Of a DNA stretch of 64,000 nt, positions 28,091-38,251 are shown piece by piece. The notes beneath the pieces are model-generated. The model saw only the letters and a list, made by a program, of their open reading frames with translations, was not told where the DNA came from and searched no databases. The DNA comes from Bacillota bacterium (lineage in GTDB: Bacteria > Bacillota > Clostridia > Saccharofermentanales > Fastidiosipilaceae). The translations under genes and the position numbers were made by a program. The DNA lies in contig JAEZWR010000036.1 in the NCBI GenBank assembly GCA_023420115.1, positions 2,522 through 66,521 of the forward strand. The letters run 5' to 3'. Within the stretch, counting starts at the first letter, position 1. Every line of letters starts with the position of its first letter.

Positions 28091-28663
28091 ATGGGAATTT
28101 ATAAAATGTTTGAACTAATTCTAAGTTTTCTTCAGGTGGGCTTATTCAGCATAGGTGGTGGATATGCCGCTGTTCCATTTATAAAGGCCGAAATTGTTGA
28201 CAAGCATCATTGGCTTAGTACAAAGGAATTTACTGACTTAATATCTATAGCAGAAATGACACCTGGACCCATAGCCGTAAATTCGGCAACTTTTGTTGGT
28301 ATAAATTTAGGTGGGATCACGGCTGCTATTCTTGCGACGATATCTTGTATTTTTCCAAGTTTAATAATAGTTTCTCTTCTTTATTATTTTTATATGAAGT
28401 ATAGAAATTTAAAAGGGATGAAGATAGTTTTAGAAACAATAAGACCGTGTATAGTGGCTCTTATTTTAAGTGCTGGACTCAGTATCTTATTAGTTGTAAT
28501 TTTTACTGGCAAGGAAATAAATTTTGCTCATATTGATTACATATCTAGCTTATTATTTATTTTGGCGATGGTACTTCTGGTCAGATTTAAGAAGAATCCT
28601 ATTTTGGTGATGTTCCTGTCTGGGGTAATTGCCTTAGTAACTCATTTGATTATACCTAATTAA
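28091..28663 (+). CDS. chromate transporter (CHR) family protein, second of the pair
   Basis: FSIGGGYAAVP and MTPGPIAVNSA motifs. Starts 2 nt after the previous stop. Confidence 0.8.
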   Translation: MGIYKMFELILSFLQVGLFSIGGGYAAVPFIKAEIVDKHHWLSTKEFTDLISIAEMTPGPIAVNSATFVGINLGGITAAILATISCIFPSLIIVSLLYYFYMKYRNLKGMKIVLETIRPCIVALILSAGLSILLVVIFTGKEINFAHIDYISSLLFILAMVLLVRFKKNPILVMFLSGVIALVTHLIIPN

Positions 28664-28721
28664 GTTTGCTCTGATGTCTTGATCCCGAGGGGCTTTTTTA
28701 AAATGGAATGAAGGATTAAAT

Positions 28722-29321
28722 ATGGATAAGTATTTTCAGAATGCTAAATTTATCAAAAGTGCATATAGCCTAAAAGATTGCCCTGATGATGGTAGGGCTG
28801 AGATTGTTCTCGCAGGACGCAGTAATGTTGGAAAGTCGAGTTTGATTAATAGTCTTTGTTATCAAAAAAATTTGGCAAAGGTTGCCTCAACCCCTGGAAA
28901 GACACAAGCAGTTATTTATTTTGACATAAAGGATCATTTTTATTTAACAGATTTGCCTGGGTATGGGTTTAGTAAATCAGGGCAGCTCAATCAAGAAAAA
29001 TTTTCTAAGCTCGCCGATTCTTATTTTAGTGCAGATAGGAATATAAAGTGTGTACTTCTTCTAATGGATGCGAAGGTCGGACCGAGTGCTCAAGATGTTC
29101 AGATGCTAGAGTTTCTGGAGGACAGGGGATTTACCTATGCGATTGTTATGAACAAGCTTGATAAATTGAATAGATCTGAAAAGGATAAATGTTTGGCAGA
29201 GCTGAAAAGAATATTAAAAGAATTAAATATCGATAATAGAGAGATATTTTGGATCTCTAACACGAAGAAAACTGATATTGATAAAGTTAGAGAATACCTT
29301 AAAAGTTTGGTGAAATCATAA
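28722..29321 (+). CDS. engB: ribosome biogenesis GTP-binding protein YsxC/EngB
   Basis: G1 GRSNVGKSSLIN, G3 DLPGYGF, G4 NKLDK. Confidence 0.9.
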   Translation: MDKYFQNAKFIKSAYSLKDCPDDGRAEIVLAGRSNVGKSSLINSLCYQKNLAKVASTPGKTQAVIYFDIKDHFYLTDLPGYGFSKSGQLNQEKFSKLADSYFSADRNIKCVLLLMDAKVGPSAQDVQMLEFLEDRGFTYAIVMNKLDKLNRSEKDKCLAELKRILKELNIDNREIFWISNTKKTDIDKVREYLKSLVKS

Positions 29322-29472
29322 ATATAAACTATTGAACAATAAAAATTTCGTTCTTGAGAAAATATGCATTTTTTTGCGAAAAGGCTGGACTTTTTTCTGA
29401 ATATAGAATTTTTATATGAATCATCACAGTAGATGATTTGAGATATTACTATATGGGAAAGGGGCGGTCTTT

Positions 29473-32262
29473 TTGTTTGTGCTTATTAAATTTCTAGCTC
29501 GTTTCTTCATATTTGTATGGTATTCATTTCTTAAATATAGTGGTAAATTGGATAGAGTAGAGAGACTTTATCCTTTCCTTTTTCAATGTGTATTGCTATT
29601 AATTTATTTTCAGTTTTATTTGAAGTCACACCGTTTATTTAATGTTGTATTTGTATTTATTTTTATAGAGTTTGTACTCAGTTTTCGCTCCATTTCAACA
29701 CTTTCTCGAAAGTTGATTATATTGATCAAGGGCTCAGTATATTTTCTGATTATACTGTCTCTGAATTTTTTATTATTAGCCAATATGAGGTTTGGAGATA
29801 AATATACAAATAGTATGGTGGAGAATATGCGCTTTCGCATACTTTCTCCTGCTATTTTAAATGAGAATTCGAATTCGCTTTCTTTTATAATTAGTCCAAC
29901 AGAAGCCCCCCTAGTAAGACTTAAGGCAGTAGTATATAGAAGTGGATATAAATATGAAAAATTCAGAAAGAAAAATTACAACGAAATTCCAGATTATAAT
30001 AAATTGAGTAATCTTAGGTATGATACTTATCAAAAGTATAGTCTTGATTCGATATATAGAGCTCGAATTAAAATTTCTCCCATACGCAATTTAGTTTCAA
30101 AATGTAGTTTCGATAGCGAACAGTTTTATGCATCTAAGGGTATTTTCTTTAAGGCTGAAATAAAAGAAGATGATATTTTAGTGGAAGATAGGTCAGAGAA
30201 TCATTTGTTTTCTGCAATTATCAAGCTTAGGTATAGTGTAGATAAAATTTTAAGTAGGTATCTGAAACCTGAGAGTATAGCTTTATATAAGGCTCTCATG
30301 TTGTCAGATAGAGATTATTGGGAGCGGTCTTGGAATAAATATTTAACTGCTGCTTCCTTATCTCATTTACTTGCAGCATCGGCTTTTCACCTCAGTCTAT
30401 ATATTTCTTTCATTTATTTTTTTCTCAAACAAACTTCATTGGGGATTAGGACGAGAAAAGTGTTGGCGGCGCTTGTAGCACTTTTGTTTCTTGTAATTAG
30501 TATGGGCAGTAATTCTTTGCTAAGATGCACTTTTTACTTTTTTTACTGTATCGCGGCAGCTTTTTTTAAAAAGTCAATTGATCCTTTAACAGCGCTTACT
30601 CAAGCGACGATAATACTACTTTTTATTGATCCTTTGTTATTTATGAAAACAGGTTTTGCTATGAGCTTCGCTGCATCATTTGCTGTCTTTATTGCTATGA
30701 GAATTGACGAATATTTCAATTTGAGAAATAGGCGATTGGTATTATATGAATCTGCTGATATGAGTTTATTGATTAAAAGAAGCGAGCTAAAGAAAATAAT
30801 GGTCGAAACTAGCTTGAGCAGAAAAATATTGAAATATGATTTTATGCCTGTGTTGAGAGCGCTTATACAGAGCATACTAATTTACTGCATGATACAGATA
30901 TTTATGGCGTATTTTATTTTGGACTTTGCCAATAGAATCAGTTTGTTTTCGATTTTTTATAATTTTATATGTTCCTTAATTTTATTTGGTTTTATTATCT
31001 TTACCTCTTTATTTATTGTTATTTCCTTTTTGGCTCCTTTTCAAATATTAAAGTCTATTGTTGCGGCTTATGCTGAATTTATGTCTGAATGTTTTTACTC
31101 CTGTCTTCAGTCTGTTACGCATGGAGTTTGGGCAAAATTTTTGCTAGATAAATATTTTTACTTTAGCATCGTGCTGATTTTATTTGTTCTTGTTATTTTA
31201 TTGTCTTATTTACTTTCGAATAAGTGTAAAAAAGCTGCGCATACGTATGAGAATAACAATAATTTATTTGGGCTTAAGCTTATCTCATATACACATTGGA
31301 CGAATAGAAAGAGATATATTGCTATATTAGCTAGCATATGTATATGCGTAATAATATCAATCTTTTATTTGCACATAGTGAGAGAAAAGCCTGTTGTGTT
31401 GAGATTTATTTCTGGTGGGACAGGTGACCTTGCGATATTAGAGTATGACAATAAACGAGTTATGATAGATGGGGCTAAGGAGATAGATTCAGATTATTAT
31501 TTAGATAGCTATCTTGAGAGACAAGAAAATGAAATTGTTGATCTTGCGATAATTTCGCATATGCACGAAGACCATTATGGAGGGATCAAGCACCTTTTAG
31601 AAAGAGGCTTGATTAAGTGTTTATATATGCGCGATCTCATATTTCCTTTGGGATATTCTGAAAAAGAGAAATATGAAGTAATAAAGGTTGATAAGATGCT
31701 AACTGAGCTGGCAAAGAAAAGTAATTGCAGAATAATTAGATCATCTATGTTGCCTGAGTTAAAACTGAATGATGAGATTGTTATCAAATTGATTGAGGAT
31801 GGCATTGAAGAGTCTAGTGACGAAAATGACCGTAGCTTGTGTCAGGTTTTGGAGATTAATAAATATAAGATACTATTTACTGGAGATATATCCGAAGCTA
31901 GAGAGAAAAATCTTATAAAAGGACTTAAGATTAAAAATTATAGTGATTTTGATTTCCTTAAAGTAGCGCATCATGGCTCATCATACTCTTCATCGGTAGA
32001 ATTTTTAACAGCCTTTGATTTTATAAATTCAGTTATAACAGTAGGGAAGAATAGATATGGACATCCTTCTCAACAAACAATAAAAAGATTAGAAGAATAT
32101 ACGTATTCTTTGTACAGGACAGATTTAGACGGAGATATAGTAATAATTTTTAATAAGGATGCTTCGTATGAGATTCATACCGAAAAACTAGAAAAAAGAC
32201 CTGCTTATCTTGCTGACTATAAAACTTGTTTTATGCTTATTAAATATTTGAACTTAGTGTAG
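29473..32262 (+). CDS. comEC: DNA internalization competence protein ComEC/Rec2
   Basis: Polytopic competence domain plus a C-terminal metallo-beta-lactamase domain (ISHMHEDHYGG, VAHHGS). The TTG start from the ORF track is uncertain. Confidence 0.85.
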   Translation: MFVLIKFLARFFIFVWYSFLKYSGKLDRVERLYPFLFQCVLLLIYFQFYLKSHRLFNVVFVFIFIEFVLSFRSISTLSRKLIILIKGSVYFLIILSLNFLLLANMRFGDKYTNSMVENMRFRILSPAILNENSNSLSFIISPTEAPLVRLKAVVYRSGYKYEKFRKKNYNEIPDYNKLSNLRYDTYQKYSLDSIYRARIKISPIRNLVSKCSFDSEQFYASKGIFFKAEIKEDDILVEDRSENHLFSAIIKLRYSVDKILSRYLKPESIALYKALMLSDRDYWERSWNKYLTAASLSHLLAASAFHLSLYISFIYFFLKQTSLGIRTRKVLAALVALLFLVISMGSNSLLRCTFYFFYCIAAAFFKKSIDPLTALTQATIILLFIDPLLFMKTGFAMSFAASFAVFIAMRIDEYFNLRNRRLVLYESADMSLLIKRSELKKIMVETSLSRKILKYDFMPVLRALIQSILIYCMIQIFMAYFILDFANRISLFSIFYNFICSLILFGFIIFTSLFIVISFLAPFQILKSIVAAYAEFMSECFYSCLQSVTHGVWAKFLLDKYFYFSIVLILFVLVILLSYLLSNKCKKAAHTYENNNNLFGLKLISYTHWTNRKRYIAILASICICVIISIFYLHIVREKPVVLRFISGGTGDLAILEYDNKRVMIDGAKEIDSDYYLDSYLERQENEIVDLAIISHMHEDHYGGIKHLLERGLIKCLYMRDLIFPLGYSEKEKYEVIKVDKMLTELAKKSNCRIIRSSMLPELKLNDEIVIKLIEDGIEESSDENDRSLCQVLEINKYKILFTGDISEAREKNLIKGLKIKNYSDFDFLKVAHHGSSYSSSVEFLTAFDFINSVITVGKNRYGHPSQQTIKRLEEYTYSLYRTDLDGDIVIIFNKDASYEIHTEKLEKRPAYLADYKTCFMLIKYLNLV

Positions 32263-32444
32263 TACTACTGAAGTTGAAATTTTACTAAACAAGAATTATG
32301 CCATTAATAGCTGACATTTAAGGGAAGAAGTGCTTAATACACAATAATATATTTGAATCTTAAAAGTAAAAAGAATAGGAAGAAACTCAGGCTTCTTCCT
32401 ATTCTCAATAATCTATATGTTGCACAAGTATTTATATCAACTTA

Positions 32445-32852
32445 TTATTCGCCAACTAATTCTTTCTTGATTTCTTCAATAGTATAGTTCTCAAGATATG
32501 TTCTTAATTGCTCATCCATCTGAGCAATCAACTTGCTGCTGAAGCCAGACATACCACGGGCAACTGGACAATCCAAATCTTTATTTCCTGTATTCCAATG
32601 TTGTGAAATGAAGTGAGAACCACAAATTTCACTTACTTCACGAAGATTTAATTTAGCTGCTGAAGGTCTGAGAGTATATCCACCTAATGAACCGACTGTG
32701 CGATCAACATGACCGGCCTTAACGAAGCGTGAAATAACACGACGAACTTGAACAGGATTGACCTGACAGTTAATTGCTATCTCGGATGAAGAATGACATC
32801 CACCTTTATGTAGCAGATAAACTAATGTGTGAACTGCTATCATGAATTCCAT
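32445..32852 (-). CDS. Rrf2 family transcriptional regulator
   Basis: 135 aa. N-terminal wHTH typical of Rrf2 (AVHTLVYLL ... SSEIAINCQVNPVQVRRVISRFVKAGHV). Confidence 0.8.
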   Translation of the reverse strand: MEFMIAVHTLVYLLHKGGCHSSSEIAINCQVNPVQVRRVISRFVKAGHVDRTVGSLGGYTLRPSAAKLNLREVSEICGSHFISQHWNTGNKDLDCPVARGMSGFSSKLIAQMDEQLRTYLENYTIEEIKKELVGE

Positions 32853-33289
32853 AGAAACACCAACTTTCTAATTTTTTGGAGCTGAACTCCATCATATAAA
32901 AAAGAGAAAAATCTCATTTCATATCAAAATAGGTAAAAAATTTAATCGATAGAATTGCCAAAAACAAAAATATCAATTACGCCAAATACATTAACATATG
33001 ATATAGGTGTAGCAAGTATTTAAATGTAAATTAGCGGTAAATTAGAAGATTAAATATAGCAAATTGAAGCTTAACTATATTTGTAAAATTTGTCGGCAAT
33101 AAAATTATACCGCAATTTATTAATTGCTATTTATCACAAAATAAATCAATACATCTAAATCACTACATCGAATAGGAAATATATTTTATACAAAAATTCG
33201 ATTTTGTAAAGTGAATAATATGCAAATAAATATGTTTAAAGAATAAAAGTATGCAACAATTCGTTGGGAAATTTCACTTACTTACCTTA

Positions 33290-33326
33290 TCAAAAAAGGG
33301 ACTCCATTAAAATAGAGTCCCTTTTA
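33290..33326 (-). terminator. intrinsic terminator after asnS
   Basis: gggactc / gagtccc stem flanked by A- and T-runs. Confidence 0.65.
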
Positions 33327-33364
33327 CGAGTACATTTTATATATGTTGTATATATTCGTTTAGA

Positions 33365-34783
33365 TTAGAACATAGCTTGGCCAGTCGTTCTAGGATAAGG
33401 AAGAACATCGCGAATGTTATTAATACCAGTTAGGTACATAATAAGTCTCTCGAAACCAAGCCCGAAGCCTGCATGCTTAGAAGTGCCGAAACGGCGAAGG
33501 TCAACATACCATGAGTAATCCTCTAGCTTCAAACCCTTACGCTCAATCATCTCTATAAGTTTGTCAATTCGTTCTTCACGTTGGCTGCCACCTATCAATT
33601 CTCCGATACCAGGGACAAGTCCGTCCATAGCCGCAACTGTTTTGCCATCTTCATTAATTCGCATATAGAATGCTTTTATCTCGGCAGGATAATCATGTAC
33701 AAAGACGGGACCATTGAAAACTTTGTCCGTGAGAAATTTTTCGTGTTCTGTTTGGATATCTGCACCCCAAGTAACAGGATACTTGAATTGACCATTATTC
33801 TTTTCAAGTTCTTTTATTGCGTCTGTGTATGAGATTCTAGCAAAATTGGATTTCGCCTGCTTCTGCAATCTGTCAAGTAGATTCTTGTCTACAAATTGAT
33901 TTAAAAATTCTAATTCTGTAGCACAGCGCTCTAATACTCTATTTAAAACAGAAGAGAGCATGTCCTCAGCCAGATTCATATCGTCATTTAAATCAGCAAA
34001 TGATATTTCTGGTTCTATCATCCAGAACTCTGCTGCATGCCTTGGAGTGTTAGAGTGCTCAGCTCTGAATGTAGGTCCAAATGTATAGACATTTGTAAAA
34101 GCTTGGGCAAAGGCTTCAACATGTAACTGACCTGTAACTGTTAGCATACAGGCTTTTGAAAAGAAGTCTTGAGAAAAATCTACTGAACCATCATCTTTTA
34201 ATGGCAAAGATTCAAGTGGCAGACTGCTAACATTAAACATTTGCCCGGCACCTTCGGCATCATCACTTGTTATTATAGGAGTATGCACATAGACGAAGCC
34301 TCTACTGTGGAAAAATTCATGTATTGCAAAAGCCGCCTCGGAACGAATTCTAAAAGCTGCTTGAAAAAGATTAGTTCTGGGTCGTAGATGGGGGATGGTT
34401 CTCAAAAATTCAGGGCTGTGTCGTTTGGGTTGAAGCGGATATTCTGGTGGGCAGGAGCCTAGGACTTTAAGATTGGTAACTTCGAGTTCGAAATCTTGTT
34501 TACATCCTGGAGTCAATCTAACAATACCAGAGGCCTCATATGCTGTCGATGTTCCCTGTCTAATTAATTCTTGATTCTCACCAAATTTATCAGAGGAAAC
34601 CACGAGCTGCAAAGTCTTGAACTGTGTACCATCGGATAGATTGATAAAAGCAAAAGACTTCTGATCTCGAATTGTCTTTGCCCATCCTCTGACCAAGACC
34701 TCTTGTCCTTCGAGTTCCTTATATACTTTAAAAAGCTCTCTTAATGTATAAAAATCACAAGGCATATTATTTATCCTTTTCAT
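33365..34783 (-). CDS. asnS: asparagine--tRNA ligase
   Basis: Class IIb motifs FRAEHSNTPRHAAEFWMIEPE, GGSQREER and GFGLGFERL. Confidence 0.93.
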   Translation of the reverse strand: MKRINNMPCDFYTLRELFKVYKELEGQEVLVRGWAKTIRDQKSFAFINLSDGTQFKTLQLVVSSDKFGENQELIRQGTSTAYEASGIVRLTPGCKQDFELEVTNLKVLGSCPPEYPLQPKRHSPEFLRTIPHLRPRTNLFQAAFRIRSEAAFAIHEFFHSRGFVYVHTPIITSDDAEGAGQMFNVSSLPLESLPLKDDGSVDFSQDFFSKACMLTVTGQLHVEAFAQAFTNVYTFGPTFRAEHSNTPRHAAEFWMIEPEISFADLNDDMNLAEDMLSSVLNRVLERCATELEFLNQFVDKNLLDRLQKQAKSNFARISYTDAIKELEKNNGQFKYPVTWGADIQTEHEKFLTDKVFNGPVFVHDYPAEIKAFYMRINEDGKTVAAMDGLVPGIGELIGGSQREERIDKLIEMIERKGLKLEDYSWYVDLRRFGTSKHAGFGLGFERLIMYLTGINNIRDVLPYPRTTGQAMF

Positions 34784-34812
34784 GAAACTTAAGTAATAAG
34801 AATGTGGATTAA

Positions 34813-35334
34813 TTAAGCATTCTTACCGCAGCACTTCTTATATTTTTTACCACTTCCACAGGGGCAGGGATCATTTCTTCCAACCTTGTCGCTGTGAGCA
34901 ATATGATCGCGTTTGAAATTTTTAAATATTTCATCTCTTTGTTCTTTATCGAAAACTAAGTCCCATTCAGGAAGTGAGAATAACCAGGGGGCTTTGGCAT
35001 CATGCATATTATAAAGAAGTTTCTGATAATCAATGTCGAAACTAATTTCTGTGTTATCGTCAACAGACTCTAGATCTATTTGTTTATTTGAACTAGTTTG
35101 CATACCTTCTAGGAAACCCAAGAAAATATCCATTTCATTTTTGCCGAATCCTAACTCTTCTGCCCATTCTGAAGCTGTCTTACTCTCGAGTTGTTTCTTC
35201 TCCTCAGACCAGTCTTTTAAAAGAACACGATAAGCATCGCGCTCTAGTTCGTAATAGTGCTCTATATATTCTTCATATTTTTTCTGATCGCTAATATCTT
35301 CACTTTTTTTACTCCATGTAGAAAAATAAGACAT
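34813..35334 (-). CDS. SEC-C metal-binding motif protein
   Basis: C-terminal [26 protein letters not shown]. Confidence 0.75.
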   Translation of the reverse strand: MSYFSTWSKKSEDISDQKKYEEYIEHYYELERDAYRVLLKDWSEEKKQLESKTASEWAEELGFGKNEMDIFLGFLEGMQTSSNKQIDLESVDDNTEISFDIDYQKLLYNMHDAKAPWLFSLPEWDLVFDKEQRDEIFKNFKRDHIAHSDKVGRNDPCPCGSGKKYKKCCGKNA

Positions 35335-35627
35335 AGTACCTCCAACAAAATAAAACTATATCCACAAATTATATACGTTTGACAATAATAGGTAAATAAG
35401 AAAGGAAAATAAGAGCCTTAAGCTCTTGCTTCCAAACTTGATTTTTGTCAAATATGAATTTACAAGTAAAAAAGTTCAAAGGATAATGTCAGTGCAAATA
35501 AATAAAAAAAGTAAAATAATCGTACTCCGTCTGAGTTGATTCTTTATATAAAGAGGAAAATTTATATGCTTGTATAACATTTAATTTGTGTAAGGGGTAA
35601 GCTGATAGTCTGATAATAATATAGGGA

Positions 35628-36758
35628 TCAATTTTTGCTTCCAGCCAATGAAAGAAGGATCAGCATTTCATTGGCCTCAAAATAGCCGTTGCTCTTTATC
35701 TTCTTGTCGATATCTCTTGCTAAATTTATTAAGTATATGAGCTTGGGGCGGCTAAAATTTCTCGCTTGATTCCGAAGCTTCCTAATTTTCCAACTCATAT
35801 TGCTTCCATAAGCTAAAATCTTGAGTATTTCCTCATCATTTAGACCATTTGAATCTAAAATGCAAAGTAGTTCTCTAAAGTGTCTCTGTAACATGAGCAA
35901 AATCATTTGTGTCGGTTCTTTGCGATCAAGTAAATTATTGTAAATTTTAAGAACGGTAGGCATATCTGAATTTGATATAGCATCTACTAGAGAAAAAACA
36001 TCTCCCGTGAGATTCGGTCTTAGAATTTTTTCTACACTTTTTACATTGAGAATATGTGAACTGCGTTGTACTTCGTTAGCATCAAAACGCATACTATTAA
36101 GAGCTAGTTTTATTTTTTTTAGCTCTTGTTCAATTAATGATAATGAGGAATCACAAGCTTCAATCAAATATAGGACGAGATCGGGCGATAGGTTTAGTTC
36201 AAGTTCTTTGGCTCTATCTTTTATCCATCTTTCTAATTCAGATGAACTCAATTTTGGAAAGGTGAAAAGTAAATCATGGGAAATGATATCTTTTAGCAAT
36301 TTAGATCTGCGATCAATTTTTCTCTCAATAAAAATTAGGCATGAAGCATCTTCACTGCCTACTAGTTCATCAAAGAGTCCTTTTATTATAGTTTGTTCGT
36401 GAGTTGAAAGAGAGGAAGTAGATGTTGAAGAAAAAAGACCAGAATTTTTAATTACAAAAATTCTTCTGGAACCAAAACCGAATAAGCTTGGAGTGAATAT
36501 TTCTTGTGATAGATCATCCCATTTGAAATCAATATTCTTATTATCAAAATCATAAATTAATTTATTTATTAAATGATTATCATCAGATAATAACGATTCG
36601 CAAATATCTATGTAACAATTCTCTAAGAGAAAGTGTTCGTCCCCAGAAAGAACTAAGAGACTAGGGATATTATTTGTATTAATTCTATTTTTAAGATTGC
36701 GATAGGAAAGGAGAGAATCAACTGAATTCTTTATATAACTCTTATTATTGTATGCCAT
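35628..36758 (-). CDS. holA: DNA polymerase III subunit delta
   Basis: 376 aa. N-terminal LLVLSGDEHFLLE pattern and overall HolA-like layout. AGGAGG RBS. Sequence is divergent. Confidence 0.65.
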   Translation of the reverse strand: MAYNNKSYIKNSVDSLLSYRNLKNRINTNNIPSLLVLSGDEHFLLENCYIDICESLLSDDNHLINKLIYDFDNKNIDFKWDDLSQEIFTPSLFGFGSRRIFVIKNSGLFSSTSTSSLSTHEQTIIKGLFDELVGSEDASCLIFIERKIDRRSKLLKDIISHDLLFTFPKLSSSELERWIKDRAKELELNLSPDLVLYLIEACDSSLSLIEQELKKIKLALNSMRFDANEVQRSSHILNVKSVEKILRPNLTGDVFSLVDAISNSDMPTVLKIYNNLLDRKEPTQMILLMLQRHFRELLCILDSNGLNDEEILKILAYGSNMSWKIRKLRNQARNFSRPKLIYLINLARDIDKKIKSNGYFEANEMLILLSLAGSKN

Positions 36759-36957
36759 TTGTCCCTCCTAGTTATATCTTATTTCTACTATATTATACAA
36801 CAGAGCTGTATTTAACTAGCTGACTTATATTGTTCTTATTTTGATCTCATGTATTTTTTTTAGCGTATTTCTTATCGCGTTCATTTGATAATAAGTCTAT
36901 AATTTAAGTTGTATCTATAATTATGTATTACTAATCTCCAGAGAGGAGCGTGCCATC

Positions 36958-38115
36958 ATGGGTAAAAAGGTTGTTTATGCAAAAAATTTAGTTCTTGAGA
37001 ATCATATGCTTAAGGATTTTGCGGTAGTTTTTTCTGATAAAGTTTTAGAAATTATTCCAAAATCTGAAGCAATAAGTCAATCTCTTGATAGTGTTGGAGA
37101 ATTTGAATATGTGTTACCAGGATTTATTGATGTTCATATACATGGAAGTGCTGGTGCTGATGTTATGGATGCCAGTTTGGAGTCATTAGAGACCATTTCT
37201 AGGGCAATTACTAAATCAGGAACAACTTCATTTTTACCAACAACTATGACAATGGCAGAAGACAAAATATGTTTAGCATTGGAAAATATACGCGAAGCGA
37301 AGAGAGTTCAAGACGAAACAGGGGAAACTAAGGGAGCGAGAATTCTCGGAGCTCATTTGGAAGGTCCCTTTATTTCAGTTCATTATAAAGGTGCTCAAGA
37401 TCCTCAACATATTCAGAAGCCTAACGATAGATGGCTAAAAAATTACTATGACATAGTTAAACTTATAACAATGGCAGCGGAAGAAGATGATAATTTTGCA
37501 ATGATTAAGGAATGGAGTAGTCGAGGAATAGTTGTTTCATTGGGACATACAAATGCTGATTATGAAACTGCTTTGTTAGCGTACGATGCAGGTGCTAGGC
37601 ATATTACACACTTATTTAATGCAATGACACCAATTCATCATCGCAAGCCTGGTATGGTTACAGCCGCACTAAATAAAGATTTCAATGTGGAGATGATAAC
37701 AGATGGCTTCCATATTAGACCTGAAGTTATTAACCTAGTTAGTAGAGCTAAATCCAAAGACCAGATTATATTGATTACTGACTGTATGCGAGCGGGATTT
37801 ATGGGTGATGGCGAATCGGAGCTGGGAGGACAGAAGGTCTATGTAAAGGGAGATCAGTGCCTGTTAGAGTCAGGGACGATCGCTGGCTCAATACATCGAA
37901 TGGACAAAGCCCTGCGTAACGTTTTAGATTTTACAGAGTGTACTCTTATTGAAGTAAGTAAAATGCTTAGCTTGAATCCAGCTAGAGATTTAGGGATAGA
38001 TTCTGAATATGGTAGCATTGAAGTTGGAAAATTTGCGGACTTTGTGTGTATGGATTTAGGTCTTGAAGTCAATAAGACAATAGTATCTGGTCAAACAATG
38101 TACGAAGTTGAATAA
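36958..38115 (+). CDS. nagA: N-acetylglucosamine-6-phosphate deacetylase
   Basis: DVHIHGSAGAD, GAHLEGPFIS, GHTNA and HLFNAM motifs. Confidence 0.92.
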   Translation: MGKKVVYAKNLVLENHMLKDFAVVFSDKVLEIIPKSEAISQSLDSVGEFEYVLPGFIDVHIHGSAGADVMDASLESLETISRAITKSGTTSFLPTTMTMAEDKICLALENIREAKRVQDETGETKGARILGAHLEGPFISVHYKGAQDPQHIQKPNDRWLKNYYDIVKLITMAAEEDDNFAMIKEWSSRGIVVSLGHTNADYETALLAYDAGARHITHLFNAMTPIHHRKPGMVTAALNKDFNVEMITDGFHIRPEVINLVSRAKSKDQIILITDCMRAGFMGDGESELGGQKVYVKGDQCLLESGTIAGSIHRMDKALRNVLDFTECTLIEVSKMLSLNPARDLGIDSEYGSIEVGKFADFVCMDLGLEVNKTIVSGQTMYEVE

Positions 38116-38251
38116 CTCATATGTTACTAATGTTGTAATAAGTATTTTATGAGACTTGAAGGAGTTTAGTTTGAGCAATTTAAATAGTGATAACAAGAGG
38201 TCGAATATTGAAGAAATGGTTGAAATGGAGCTTAGACCGCATCGGGGTGAA

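Noticed and set aside
27391-28663. Split chromate-transporter genes as a possible disrupted pseudogene
   Set aside because: Paired short-chain CHR proteins (as in B. subtilis YwrA/YwrB) are a known normal arrangement. Both halves keep their GGG and PGP motifs.
35335-35627. Possible T-box leader upstream of the SEC-C/asnS transcription unit
   Set aside because: I looked for the conserved T-box sequence (AAnnnGGGTGGTACCGCG, read on the - strand) and found nothing similar. Only a short terminator-like hairpin belonging to holA is present.
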